In this document: positions 15,390 through 28,517 of the stretch, one piece after another
How positions within the stretch are numbered: position 1 is the stretch's first letter
Layout of the letters: each line of letters begins with the position of its first letter
NCBI GenBank assembly: GCA_044892525.1
Contig: CM097885.1
Location: 3,660,001-3,724,000 of the forward strand
Source of the DNA: Schmidtea polychroa
Lineage: Eukaryota
Direction of reading: 5' to 3'
Length of the DNA stretch: 64,000 nt
The notes under the pieces: model-generated
Seen by the model: the letters and a program-made list of their open reading frames with translations, nothing else
Database searches by the model: none
Told to the model about the DNA's origin: nothing
Translations under genes and position numbers: made by a program

Positions 15390-15765
15390 CTTTTTCACTA
15401 TATATTTCGATAGCATCACTATCATCATCAGGTTACCTACATTCACGACGGATGAATAACTATACTATATTGATAATATATAAACAAATTATAAAATCTA
15501 TAAATTTTAAATTATAAATAAAAAGTTTTAAAATTTTTATATATTTAAACTTTTAAAATTATTTAAAAAATATTATTTTAATTATTTAACATAACTATTA
15601 TTCAATATACATCAACATACAAAATTTTAATTAGAAACATTCAACACACACGTATTCACTACATTCTGCACATTGATTTTAGGATTAAAAGTTCTTATCA
15701 ATAATGTTTCACATATCACACGCTCAAAACAATTATCAAAATTTTTTGATAAGATTTTAAAATTA
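15390..15765 (-). mobile_element. Penelope-like 3' remnant (GIY-YIG C-terminus + 3' UTR + hammerhead)
   Basis: Minus strand FKILSKNFDNCFERVICETLLIRTFNPKINVQN, close to 27883-28221. Confidence 0.85.
15396..15434 (-). ncRNA. Minimal type I hammerhead ribozyme, intact core
   Basis: aac-CTGATGA-t-GATAG-tgatg-CTATC-GAAA-TATATA-gtg: canonical core, 5-bp stem II, palindromic stem III, at the 3' end of a PLE. Confidence 0.8.
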
Positions 15766-15789
15766 TGGTATTGCTAGCTTTGTTTGATC

Positions 15790-16410
15790 CACTTATCGAA
15801 AGATTAAAGACAACAAAGCGCATATACATAATCTAGTCAAGGTCATACAGACTGAAATAATTTAGTTTTTATCCAATGCAATAAAACAAAATATTCTAGC
15901 TAAAAACTTTCAATAATTCTAGATTGCATACCAGCTGTTTGTCAAATGTTGAACAAATGACCATGATCATTCGCTTTGTGGATGTGATTTCAAATCCAGA
16001 AACTGAAATTGCAGCAGCAGCATTTATAGAAAAAGAAGAAAAAATTTTCATACAAATGAGATGATGACGAACTTATTCAGGATCCAAAAGATAAATTGAA
16101 AGTAAACTTTTACTTAACTGTACTTGACACGCCAATATAATCGGTTGGAGATTCACTCTGATCCAAAAAAATAGTTCGGTGTTTGGGTTGCTATAGGATG
16201 TTCACAGTTTGCAGAATAAAACTAACAGAGAGGTTATGGAACATTTCTTGAATCTTGTAAAAGCTTTGCAACATATATCCTCTTTTAGTACATTGCCTTT
16301 ATACTTAAAAATAACCTAAAATATAGGGTCTCCAACACTGTTATAGCTCAGCAGATTCTCTTGACACTCCCAGCGGCTGTGGCTAATGGTGAGCAAAGGT
16401 TCCCAAGTCC
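15790..16410 (+). mobile_element. Decayed hAT (ZMYM1-like) transposase fragments
   Basis: EQMTMIIRFVD, DPKDKLKVNFYLTVLD, ILLTLPAAVANGEQRF (dimerisation domain). Confidence 0.65.
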
Positions 16411-16429
16411 ATTCTATAAGAAAGAATTG

Positions 16430-16840
16430 TTGAACTAACTAATTCCCAATATTCAAAGACATCACCGAAAACTATATATAAAGCATTGAAACTCCACATC
16501 ATATAATCCTCAGCAAATGGTTAATTAGAAAGATTTCACAGCACTTTGAAAACCTCTTTTAGATTATACTCGATTTCAAAATGTTGCACGAAATCATTAC
16601 ATATTGCACAACAGTTTTTCACATCAGCTACAGAATCAACCCCGTCACAACTATTATTTGTAACACAAACTTGGTTACTATCTGAGATCATTGATTTTGG
16701 AAATACCAAACTTCAGAGGAACTCGAATCAGCAGGTGCACATTTCTTCCTTATAAATTTAGATCTTCAACTCACCACAATTACCAACAACAAGTGTTGGA
16801 TGATGTGGTTAGACCCATCGATACATTCGCCCTATCTAAA
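16430..16840 (+). mobile_element. Decayed Gypsy integrase fragment
   Basis: TSTSYNPQ...LERFHSTLKTS near 16490-16560. Confidence 0.5.
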
Positions 16841-16849
16841 TACTATAAG

Positions 16850-16896
<47 letters not shown>

Positions 16897-17689
16897 CTCA
16901 ATATCAATTTAATAAATCACCGTCTTCACGATATCAATCAACAACTCAATCTCAATTCATTCACCATCAATCATCAATCAATCAATCAATCAATCCAACT
17001 CCTCATATCAAAGTCAATTAAAAATGAGCATTTGACAATATTGATTTTATTAGACAATATTTTGGTTTATTTTGACATTTTATTTTCATGGTAAACATTA
17101 TTGTATGATGATAGTGAGATGGTCCTATTTATATTTTATAGTATATTATTTTTATTCAGCATGTAAATAATACATAATTAATTATTAAGGTACAAATACA
17201 AAATAAAATAATAAAAATTAATTGGAAAAGGGAAAATCGATTTATGTAAGTGTAGATATTTTAATTTGGTGTTGACATTCTGAGTTCGGTTAAATGGGGA
17301 AAATCATTCGAGTGCTGAGAGTTGTGCAAGTGTAAATATTCAGGTCATGGGGATTAAACAGATGGTTGGCTAAATAAATATTTGATAGAAATTTAAAATA
17401 TCTTAAGTGTTTAAAGTGCTAGAAACATTTAATATAAATAGAGACACAAAAGATGACAGAACCACCACAAATTGAAATCACTAAATTTTAGCGCAATTTC
17501 AAATTGAATTGTCTTAGGGTATTCCTAAACAATCCTTAATAATTTTTTTTTAAATCATTGCAAGCCACACATCACTCACACAAGAAGACATATATAAGGC
17601 ACTCATTAGAAATCTACATAAGTACATTTTTACAATTGAATTATAATGAACAAAAGTTTAATTTTTATTGAAGGTAAATTTTGATAGTA

Positions 17690-19948
17690 CACCCAACTCT
17701 TTTTTTACACGTTAGATACGTTCGAACGAAATCGTGTAAAAAATGACATGTTAAGCATAGTAAAATTGAGGATGTGTTCTACAATTATAGAAAACCGTGT
17801 AAAATAGAAAAAGGAACCATTAGTTGTTCTAAAAAACCGTGCAAAGAAAAAGTAAATCTTGGAATCATATTATATAAGTTTTAGAAAATATAATCCATAC
17901 ATGTTTTTATTAAAAATAGATAATATTAGTAATTTTAGTCCATAAGTAAAAAACAAATAAAATTTTTGTTCATAAATACATATAAATTAAATTCAAATTG
18001 GAAATATAAGTCTTATTTAGCAACTAATATTTATTATCACTACTTTATAATAAGCGTGCACGTTTATTATAGACTGGCTAAAATTACTTTACTCACTTAG
18101 GTCTACCAAATCTGATATTGGTTTTCTTATGATAAAATCTGTTATAAGCTGCTGGGTTTTGCCTTTTTAACTTCATTATAAAGTTTTTGATAGCCAGCCA
18201 TACAAACCTGTAAATTCCGTTGGAATTTTAATGTACGTTCCACGTTAGGATCATGAGTGAGAAAAATTTGTTCCATACTGGTACCAAATTTTAAGCCATC
18301 GCGAATTAAATCAGAAGTTAGTTGATGAATTTCACCTTCACCTTCGCCTTCATCACTATGTTTCTCATTAATACCATTAACTGTTATAGCTTCAATCAAA
18401 TCCTCATCATCTAAAGGCTTTCCAAGCATTAACCCCTCTATATCCGCAACTTGCATATTTTCAAAGCCCTCACCACCAATTTCGTGTGAAAGCGTTACAA
18501 TTTCAGAACACACAACTACATTTTGTATTACAGAGTTACTAATTTTAAAACATGCTGGCCATATTTTCTTCCAACAAGCATTTAAGGTAGAAGTCCGCAG
18601 TTGTTTTATGGCAAATGAAGCATATGTAATAAAATCCATAATCGTATAACTTTTCCATGCTTCGACAACCGTCAAATTTCTGTCTTCGATTGAATCCAAA
18701 ATATATTTTATGTAATAGACTTTAAAGGTTGCTATTATACCCTGATCCAATGGTTGGATCAAATAAGTGATGTTAGGCTCCAATAATACCAACTCAATAT
18801 TTGGATGGTGTAGTACAGGATGGCTGCGTGCATTATCGACGAGTAAGAGTACTTTGAATTGAAGACCCTTTTGTTCCATATATTTTTGAACTTCAGGAAC
18901 GAATCATTCTTGGAACCATTTTGTAAAGACTTATCCTGTCATCCACGCCTTTCTATTAGCCATCCAATGGACTGGCAGCTGTTTAATATTCTTGCCTTTC
19001 AAAGCTCGTGGCATTAATGACCTGTTGATTAACAGTGGCTTTAAAATCTTATCTCCAGATGTGTTACTACACAATAAAAACGTTACTCGATCCTTAGCGG
19101 CTTTGAAACCACCAGCAAATTTTTCTGATTTAGCAATGTAGGTCCTGGAGGGCATTTTTTCCGGAATAATCCCGTCTCACCGGCATTAAATACCTGGTCT
19201 GGCGTATTATTTTTATGAATTTTTCTGGAAACCTCTTTGCAGCATTTTCATCTGCTGATGCTACTTCTCCTTTTATTTTTACATTATGAAATACTTGCCT
19301 TTTTAGGAATCCTTTAGGCATTTTAGGAATGCTTTTAAAATCCTTTTAAGAATGCCTTTTTAGGCATTGACACATGTTGGTGGCTCCAATTCCCGAAGTC
19401 GTTTGTATATTCTAAGGGCTTTTTCCTTTATAATTTTTCCATCTATAGGTATTTTTTTCTGCAGCAAATCCTCTATCCAAACCACTAAACATTTTTCCAT
19501 TTCCTCCAAGATAATATTTTTTTATGGTTCTGATAGTCGCTTCACTTAAACTAAGATCTTTGCCAACAGATGTGGGACCTACGCCTCTCTCAAGACTGTC
19601 TAAGATTTTTATTTTAGTTTCCAAAGAAATCGCTTGTCGCTTCCGATTATTTTTCGTTGGTTTAGACATCATATTAATCGGCTATAATAAAAATTAAAAT
19701 AAAAACACTTAATAAAAAATTTTTAAATCTAAAAAAATAACATTACCAGTTTATTAAAATTTCCTTATGTAAGTAAAGTTTTCTAAAAAAATATTTGTCA
19801 AAATAACAATAAAAACAAAATTAAAACAATTTTTTTTTGGAAATAGTGTTAAACCGAATATTTCGTGCAAAAAAGATTTGTTCCTTTTTTGTGGACCGTG
19901 TTATTTCAAAATTGTGTAAAAAAAGACCGTGTAAAAAAGACTTGGGTG
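17690..19948 (-). mobile_element. Full-length Tigger/pogo (TIGD1-like) transposon with pseudogenised transposase
   Basis: TIRs CACCCAACTCTTTTTTTACACG / CGTGTAAAAAAGACTTGGGTG with TA TSDs. ORF pieces KRQAISLETKIKILDSLERG (HTH), MPSRTYIAKSEKFAGGFKAAKDRVTFLLC, LLVDNARSH, LIQPLDQGII. Confidence 0.92.
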
Positions 19949-21096
19949 TATTAGGATTCTCATCCGTTAAACCATTAATATCTGTTTACAAATCACTAAA
20001 TAATTCCATAAATTTTATTTAATAAATTATATACTCAAAACTTATCTTTCCTTTTGTTTCTTATTTAAACAAATTTCAATCTTTCTTAAAAAATATTTTT
20101 CGATAAAAATATTTTTAAAATTTAACAAAATTTCTAATAAAAACTTTTAGAATCTTTCATCTTCCTCATAGATAGTTTGATAAAAGTTTCATGAAGGGAT
20201 TTTGTTTTTATTGATTTATTGATATAAGAATCACCCCCAAGTTGGGATTTCGAATAGAAATATTTGAAACCTCAACACAAACCCTATGTATCACAAGCTT
20301 TTGAAAAAACAACTCATGTTTGGAACCACATGCGATTCTGTCTTAAAAACCGAAATATCTAGGTCCGTAAAACCTTTTAAAGATCCTTGACAATTATACA
20401 TAAGCCATCTTTGGTGGACAAAATCAAACAATAAGAATAGAACAAATGAACAAGGTTCTAAGAAAAACTCAAAAAAAGTCTACATCAATCTAAAAAAACT
20501 CTAATTCATAATAAAATGAATGGTAGCGAAACAAGCTCATCAATTCTAAATAATACTTAAAATTTCGAAAGTACTTGCCATCCGAGATCAGATCAGACAA
20601 AAATAAGCAACACCTAAAAAACAACACATGAAATAAAACAAAGGATTTAAATATTCAAAAAACAAATAAAAATCCTATTTAGAAAAGACTTAACAAAATA
20701 GACCTTCAGCAAATGTAAGATCCAAAAAGACATCTTTCACATATTTGGTATGCACAAGGACCATCGGATAATAAAAGAACACTCCTTTACGGTTGCTCCG
20801 CATCATTAAGTAACCCGTATCATAATACAACCTCCAATCTATATATTTCTCCTAATTAAATTCCAAAAACTTCAATTTTTCTCTTATATTTTTTCAACGC
20901 TGTCACAAAGCTGTACATATCTGTAAATATATGGTCTGTACTTTTTCTGTGGGGCTTAATGCAATAAACTCTTTCTAACATTTTGTTGCGCTTGTTGTTT
21001 AAATAAATAAAAAATGTAAAAATAACAAGATATCAAAAAAGTAATCAATTATTTAATAAATATTATTCTATATATTCTTATACATTACATCAAAAT

Positions 21097-21235
21097 CACT
21101 TGATAAAGGCAGTGCTGAAAATTCGTGAACTTCACAAAAACATCGATATCATTATTGATTCGTAGTCAAGCTTTTTAATAAATATTATGTCAATGGAAAT
21201 GAAATCAGAGGTGAAAATTGAAAAAAGTTCTTATA
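21097..21235 (+). mobile_element. Single-arm family B PLE-like 3' end with U3:A8 hammerhead motif
   Basis: cac-TTGATAA-a-ggc-agt-gct-GAAA-ATTC-gtg (21097-21127), followed by the same arm and tail sequence as 63125-63258. Confidence 0.65.
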
Positions 21236-21739
21236 TTATTATACATTATAAATTATGATTAATTAATTAATTAATTAAAATTAATTATAATCCTCCTTGA
21301 GAATATGGAATACTTCGTCGTAGAAATTATATATATAATATATAATATGTATGGAAATTCTTAAAAAATGTCTATAATGATTTTCTAGTACAAAAATCCG
21401 AATAGATTGAGACATCAAGAATCATGATTCAGGTATTCCCGGGATATTAATTGATATACTTCACTACGACCCCCCCATTCCTTGCTCCCCTTGTTGACTA
21501 ATAATTTAGCGTATTTTTGAACCGGTTGTGATGATATGGGTCATATTAGCCAGCTTGATAATATTTTGCTAATAAATTCCAAAGAAATAAATCTGAAAAG
21601 GAAAATGGACCCGGAAAAAAAGAAATTAATTGTCGAATGGAAATTTTTGCAATTATTTTATTAATTTTTTTTTTAACAGAAATCAATATTTTTAATTTTT
21701 TCACAACATTATTCCTAATCGGGAATCGATTAAATGCAG

Positions 21740-21848
21740 TGCCGGTCCATGGGAATTTCACCGCCAGTCCATGGCAATTTCTCCGCCAGTCCATGGCAAT
21801 TTCTCCGCCAGTCCACGGCAATTTCTCCGCCGGTCCGCGACAATTCCC
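21740..21848. repeat. GC-rich 22-bp tandem repeat, about 5 copies
   Basis: Unit CCGCCAGTCCATGGCAATTTCT. Confidence 0.9.
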
Positions 21849-21984
21849 CCCGCCCCCAGTTGCAGCCTAATCCCGGCCCAGAGTATAAAGAGATTAAAAT
21901 TCTCAATTACTCAATCGTAATTACGAATTTGGACAAATGAAAAGTTTGCAAATTCAATCAATTTATTCAAAGCTATTTTCTGTT

Positions 21985-22121
21985 GATTTGATTGGCTGAA
22001 ACAAAATGAGATTGGAATAGTCCATTTTTTGATCCAGTTTGATTGGATCCGATCATTTCATTGTTGTATTTAAGCAGATTTTGACAATTTCGATGGTATG
22101 AAATCTTGACAAGACTCAAAA
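21985..22121 (+). promoter_or_regulatory. Putative promoter and 5' UTR exon of the neuropeptide gene
   Basis: Three GATTGG (reverse CCAAT) boxes, TATTTAAG near 22067, donor GTAAGT at 22122 splicing to the acceptor TTTCAG ending at 22282. Confidence 0.5.
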
Positions 22122-22294
22122 GTAAGTAAATGAGCTTTGGATTCTTTGGTTTGTTGGTATTAAGCCCGTTTATCTAAATGTTTCAATGAGGAGGGAGGAG
22201 GAATGAATTTGGGCCCAGGAGACAACCATTTTATTCAAAGTTTCTCATGGAAAATTATTAAATTTTTGTTTTAATATTTCAGGTGGCCATCAGA

Positions 22295-22950
22295 ATGATA
22301 TTTCAGTTCCTATTTTTGCTATTCATCACAACCGTTTGGACAGATTCCGAATCAGATTGCGAAATTTGCGAGTAAATTATCTTTTATAATTATTTATAAG
22401 AATTTTAATATTTTTTGTTTAAATTGATGAAATATTGATTTTTTCTTTTTAATTCTGTGAGTCTTTTATTTGTAAATGTGTTTATATAATTACAGGATAT
22501 GCGAGGCTGGGGGGTTCATGGACAGTACGGAATGTTGCCTCAGTAACGTCCTCTACAAGATTTGCGAAAGCAAATTAGAAATCAGTAAGAATTCTTTCTC
22601 ATTTCTTTAATCAACTTTATATAATTTATTATTAGAAAAATTATTAAATTTTGTTTAAATTAATAGCTTTTAGAAAAATCGAAAATAATTAGTAAAATCA
22701 ATTTTCCTTTCACTCTATTCCTGTTTTTATGAATTTCACTTTAGGCCGGGATAAACGAAGAGGGCTAATTGGGAAACGACGAGGTCTAATTGGAAAACGA
22801 CGAGGTCTGATAGGGAAACGACGAGGATTAATTGGGAAAAGGCGTGGACTAATTGGGAAGAGGCGAGGCTTAATCGGGAAAAGGCGTGGATTGATAGGTA
22901 AAAGACAATTACTTAGCGGCAAGCAAAGTATTTTTCAAGATGAGTATTAA
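22295..22950 (+). CDS. npp-2: Neuropeptide precursor with 7 copies of RGLI-amide (flatworm NPP-2-like), 123 aa, 3 coding exons
   Basis: Exons 22295-22371, 22496-22584 and 22745-22950 with GT-AG introns splice in frame to MIFQFLFLLFITTVWT-DSESDCEICEICEAGGFMDSTECCLSNVLYKICESKLEISRDKR-(RGLIGKR)x7-QLLSGKQSIFQDEY. Signal peptide, dibasic sites, amide-donor Gly; repeats differ only synonymously. The gene name is recalled from flatworm RGLI/RGMI-amide precursors, not searched. Confidence 0.88.
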
Positions 22951-23423
22951 CAATACTTTTTGTAATTTTAAATGAATATATAATTATTCCTTTCGTTTAT
23001 TTTTTTATTTCAAACAAACAATAATTAATATCAACAACTTACATATTTGACAACTGTTTAGATATTGTCTATAAATTACCATTAGTAGTGATGATCTCGG
23101 AACCCTTTTATTGCTTCGTAATATTCCTTCCTTATTCTTGGAAACCATCTTCCGACAGATTCTTTAAATGTATGCTAGGAAATCGAAGGAATCAAAAAAA
23201 GGAAGTGAAAAGTCAAATTTACCTTAAATCACCTTTGCAGTCAAACCTTTGAATAAATTTAACCTAATATTAGAAATTGAACCTTCGATGAATAATTTTA
23301 ATCCTTCTTGGAACCAATGTTTCCTCTAAGCTGCGCGCTTTCAAAAATTTTAAATTTAAAAACTTCATAGTCTTGTATCAATTTAGATAGAAATCGATAT
23401 TATTATTATTATTATTATTATTA

Positions 23424-23469
<46 letters not shown>

Positions 23470-24942
23470 ACCAGAAAATTATATTAGCACTTCAGTAACT
23501 GAGTGGTCACAATTTTATAAAACTAAGTTGTCAATCGTTTACTGTCGTAAATTCGTAACATTGTTAAGGTATTGGATGTATTGATTATATTTACATTAAT
23601 ATTGGAATATGAATACGATAATCATTTAAGTTAATAAAATATGACTAGCTGGTAACAAATAAATGGTTTATTGTGAGTTTATTAATTTTACTTGGTGTGC
23701 ACAAATATTTTACCTTTTCAAAAATGTTTTTGGCTCCCACAAACTCTTAAAATTCGAGGGAACATTGTTTGGAACCCATTTGCTGAAATTCCAAGACATT
23801 TGAAACAATCAAGATAAATCTTTCCATAGCAAGAAATGTCATAACCAAAATTATGTCAAGGTCGAATCAATTAATATTTTACATTCAGTAGAGTAGATGG
23901 ATTGGTCACCGCTGGAACAAGTCACTTCTGGTACAGTACTAATTTAGAAAAAAAATTTTTGAACTTTTCTTTTCAAAGTCAAATTTTAAAGAAAGACAAT
24001 GACTTAATCAAAGTCATTTAAACAAAGACAATGACTCATCTGAGGTCATATTATTATTTAAAAAAATATTATTAGTGCTCTAGCTGTGACCAACTTTTTT
24101 TCATAATCTATCCAAAAATTTGGCTATTTTATACTGGGCAATGCAAATCATGGATAAAACAGGTCTCATAGGCACGACATCTTTATGGATTTTTGGAAGC
24201 CCATACATTTTTGCAGGTTGTGATTACATTGGGCGAATAGATTTAAACAACTCTTCATCAATTTGCTTATTTTTAATTAATTTATTCATTATTTCTTTCA
24301 ACAAATTCTCCTCCTTAAGAGGAGGCTGTATTCCATTTTTTCGAGAAATCTCTATTTTCACAAAACATCATTAAGCTTATTTACATATACATCGTGGTCG
24401 AGAATTACCAATCCATTTCCTTTGTCAAACTTGCATATATTGATGTCTTTATTGATGTCTTATTGAAACCATTACATTCGATCAGAATTTGAATGTAAAG
24501 ATAGTTTTGAATTTGTTTCCTACATTGCACAATATGATAGACAAAGTATGAATGAAATTATGGTTTCGTTTGATGTTTGTAGTCTGTTTACTAATATACC
24601 ATTGGTTGAAACAATTGAATTATGTTGCTTGTTATGGAATGAAAATATTTCTGAACATCATATTTTGGATAGAACAGCATTTCGTGAACTTCTTGTATTT
24701 GCAACTTCAAAAATCAATTTTCTTTTCAATAATGAACGGTATCAACAAATAGATGGAGTTGCTATGGGTTCTCCTTTAGCACCAACGATGGCTTCAATTT
24801 TTTTAACAAGCTTAGAAAAGAAAATTGCATCTTTCCAAGGTATGAAACCCACTGTTTATATACGGTATGTGGATGATATTTTTCTTATATTTGAAAATCA
24901 GAGGCATGTAGACCCGTTTTTGCATTTTATGAATAGTCTACA

Positions 24943-27340
24943 ATGTCCCCATCTCATCATTTTCTGTGGCCTATTAACAAAATAAAAATATCTGTATAAT
25001 GGAATTTTTTTTAAAAATTTTTGTCAATTTTAAATATGACCAGCATTATATCAGTAATATTATTTGTCTTATTTTTCTTTCTAATCTAGTTTTTGTCATG
25101 AAACTTTACTGATCTATATTTAAAATTGTAAACGTTGTTTAATTACGTACAATGAAATACATATGTATTTAAAATCTGTAAACGCGTGTTTGATTGTTTT
25201 TATTGTGAAATTTTATTTGCTTAATATACACATAAAATTAGGTAAGTACATTTAAAAAATTTGGTATTTAATTTTTTTTTTAATTTTTTAGTTTTTTATT
25301 ATTTCAAGCGAACTTATTTTATTATTTAAAATTTACAAATATTAATATTTACTACTGTCATAAAATGAATGCAAAAAAAAACGAGAAATTACGAGTGAGA
25401 ATCGGGAATTTAAAGAACGATGGGAAATTGATTATATGTTTGTGAAGCAGAAAGAAATTTATCTGTGTTTGATATGCCGGATGAATACTACTATATGTAA
25501 AGAATATAATCTGAAGCGTCATTATCAATCACAGCATGCAGACAAATATTCGAAATATAATGGTGAGTCGAGAATCGTCATACTAGAAAATTTAAAAAAA
25601 CAATTTAAGCAGCAAACATCAATTATCCCCCTCGCATGTAAGGCTCAGGATGCATCTGTTTATGCTTCTTATGCAGTTGCAAAAGAAATTGCCAAAGCCA
25701 AAAAGCCATTTACTGATGGTGAAATTATTAAGAAGTGTGCAATTAAAATGACTCAAGCATTTGGAGATGATAAAATGGCAAAACAGTTCGAGTCAGTTTC
25801 TCTTTCTCACCAAACCGTTGCAAGACGAATCTTAAATATGGACACCTTCTTAGTTGAAAAATTAGCAGACATAGTAAAAAATTGTATATATTTTTCAATT
25901 GCGCTTGATGAAAGCACCGACATATCTCATACCAGCCAAATGCTGATTTTTGTACGAACAGTGGATGGTGATTTTAATGTTTCGGAGGAGTTACTGAAAT
26001 TGGCTTCCCTACATTCAACAACAAAAGGTGTAGATATTTATGAGGAACTCAAAAATGTTGTTTGCATGTATGGTGGTTTTGAAAAATGCACTGCCATTGT
26101 AACTGATGGAGGAAAATTAATGGTCGGGAAAAATATAGGACTCGCTGGACTGCTAAAACAAAATGGTATTAATTGTCAAATGTTGCATTGCTTTATTCAC
26201 CAGCAAGCTTTATGTGGAAACATTATGGGATTAAGTTGCACGATGAGTACAATTATTAAAATAACAAATGCAATAAGAGGCGGAAACCGTGCACTCATTC
26301 ATCGTAAATTCAACAATTTCTTGAAGAACTTGATGCCCAATATGGTGATCTACTTTTGCATAGCCAAGTTCGCTGGTTAAGTGCAGGGAAATGCCTTAAA
26401 AGATTTTTTCAACTTCGTAAAGAAATTAAACTTTTTCTTATGGAAACAGAATTGGATTCGTCATTTATAGCCAGTTTTAATGAAAAAAACATTTTTAATT
26501 TCATTAGCATTTTTAGCAGATATTACCGAATATTTGAATGTTTTGAACAAAACTTGCAAGGCAAAGACCAAAACATAAGTCATCTGGTAAGCCATATCAT
26601 CGGATTCCGCAATAAGTTACGTTTGCTTCGGTCGCATTTGATTAACAACAATTTGGTGCACTTCGAGTGTTGTAATGAACTTGCTATCGAAATGCAAGAA
26701 ATCGGTCAACAATTAAACATGAAAGATTATGTACCCATGTTGGACAAATTGGTTGAAGATTTTGATGCCAGATTTTCTGATTTTGATGCAATTAAACCAG
26801 AACTAAAATTATTTAATAATCCGACTACCATCGACGTTGAAGAAACCGATATTAAATATCAAATGGAATTATGTGAATTGCAAGCTGACGAATTTTTTAA
26901 ATCAAGGCTGGAGACAGGGGTAAATTTATTCAAAATGTTTCCAAACGACAAATATCCAAAATTGCGCGATTTGGGCTTAAAATTAATTTCTATGTTTGGT
27001 AGTACATATATTTGTGAACGAGCATTTTCTGACATGAAATATATCAAATCTATATATAGAAATTCAATGACCGACAAAACACTGGAAGAAATTTTAAGAA
27101 TTTCCTCAACTAAAATTGATATAAATATCGAAGTTCTTGTAGCTGCCCATATAAATAAGCAGTTTTCACATTAATAAATATTATGTTAATATTTTTTTTC
27201 TTTTTTTTCTTGAACAATGAACTAATAAAATACTAAAAAAAATTATAAATGACTTTTAATTAAAATTTATAGTATATGGCCCGCCAAACCTACAAAAAGA
27301 TAAAATTGGCACACATGTACAGAAAAGTTGGACAGCGCTG
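24943..27340 (+). mobile_element. hAT (SPIN/Buster) element nested in the PLE RT, left terminus deleted
   Basis: Transposase CLIC..YNLKRHY, FSIALDESTD, VTDG, HCFIHQ, VRWLS, MFGSTYICERAFS with frameshifts. Right end ...AAGTTGGACAGCGCTG followed by GTCTACAT; GTCTACA also at 24936-24942. Removing it restores RT MNSLHKNI. Confidence 0.9.
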
Positions 27341-28480
27341 GTCTACATAAAAACATTGTATTCATATGTGAAACGAAGAAAAAATCATAGCTTGCTTTCT
27401 TGGATCTGTTAATACAATGCAAAGAGAAACACTATGAGACAGAGATTTATAGAAAACCAACTGATACTGGTCTCTATACTTTTTCCGAAAGTTTTTGTGA
27501 ATTCAAGTATAAAAGAAATATGGTGAAGGGGTTGATTTATCGTGCATGGTCTTTGTCTTCTACTTTTAAAAATTCAGTAAAAAGTGTTGACATATTGGTT
27601 GAATTGTTAATGAAGAACGGTTATTCAAAATCCTTTTTAGTAATTATGGTGAAAGAGACTGTTGACAAATTTATTAAAAATTCTAAGGATCCATGTTTAA
27701 GAAAATCTGTGGTGTGATCTTGTTGAGGTATGAGAGTCTGATGAGTTAAATAAATTAAATAGTGTGAGCAAGGATGATGAGCCTAAATTTGTGTTAGTAT
27801 TGCCGTACTCAGAAGGTTTTAAGGATTATAAAGTGAAGGTAAGAAAGCAGTTAGGGAATTTAAACTATAGGATAGTATCAATATGTTTATTAATAAGTCA
27901 AAAACTCCGGTTGAATTGTGTTCCGATCTCGTTTATCAGTTTACATGTAATGGGTGTAATGCCACGTACATTGGAGAGACTTCCCGTCATCTCTGTATTC
28001 GAGTTCGAGAACATTGTAGACCGAAGGCTTTGACCCATATTGATGAGCACAATAAGGGCTATAAGATTAAAATAGGTATGTCTGATTTTAAAATTTTATT
28101 AAAAAATTTCGATAATTATTGGGAACGTGTGATATTTGAGGCGTTGTTGATAAAATCATTGAATCCGAAAATTAATGTGCAGAATGCAGTAAATACTTGT
28201 GTTTTAAGTGTTTTTAAATAAGTTTTTAAATAGGTTTTCTTATATTGTATGTATTAATTGTTGTATTAAATTAAATAATTAATAAAAATTTTTTAAATTA
28301 ATAAATTAAATTTTAGATGCTAAATGTTTAAAAAAATAATATATTAATTTAAGTATAATTTTTTTAAAAATAATTAAATGTTTTTATAAAATAAAAAACT
28401 TTTTTATATATAAATAATCAAAAAAACGTGGCAATGATTTAATAATACAGAAACGCCAACTCAATAAATTCAACATAAAC

Positions 28481-28517
28481 GCAATATATTTCAATTGTAC
28501 AACAATCTTCGTCAGGC
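28481..28517 (-). ncRNA. Minimal hammerhead ribozyme in pLTR
   Basis: gc-CTGACGA-a-gattg-ttgta-caatt-GAAA-TATATT-gc. Confidence 0.7.

Noticed and set aside
20200..20900. Possible CR1/L2 LINE 3' remnant
   Set aside because: Only vague resemblance; no intact motif.
21740..22905. 22-bp and 21-bp repeats as a CRISPR array
   Set aside because: No unique spacers, no cas genes, eukaryotic context; the second repeat is peptide-coding.
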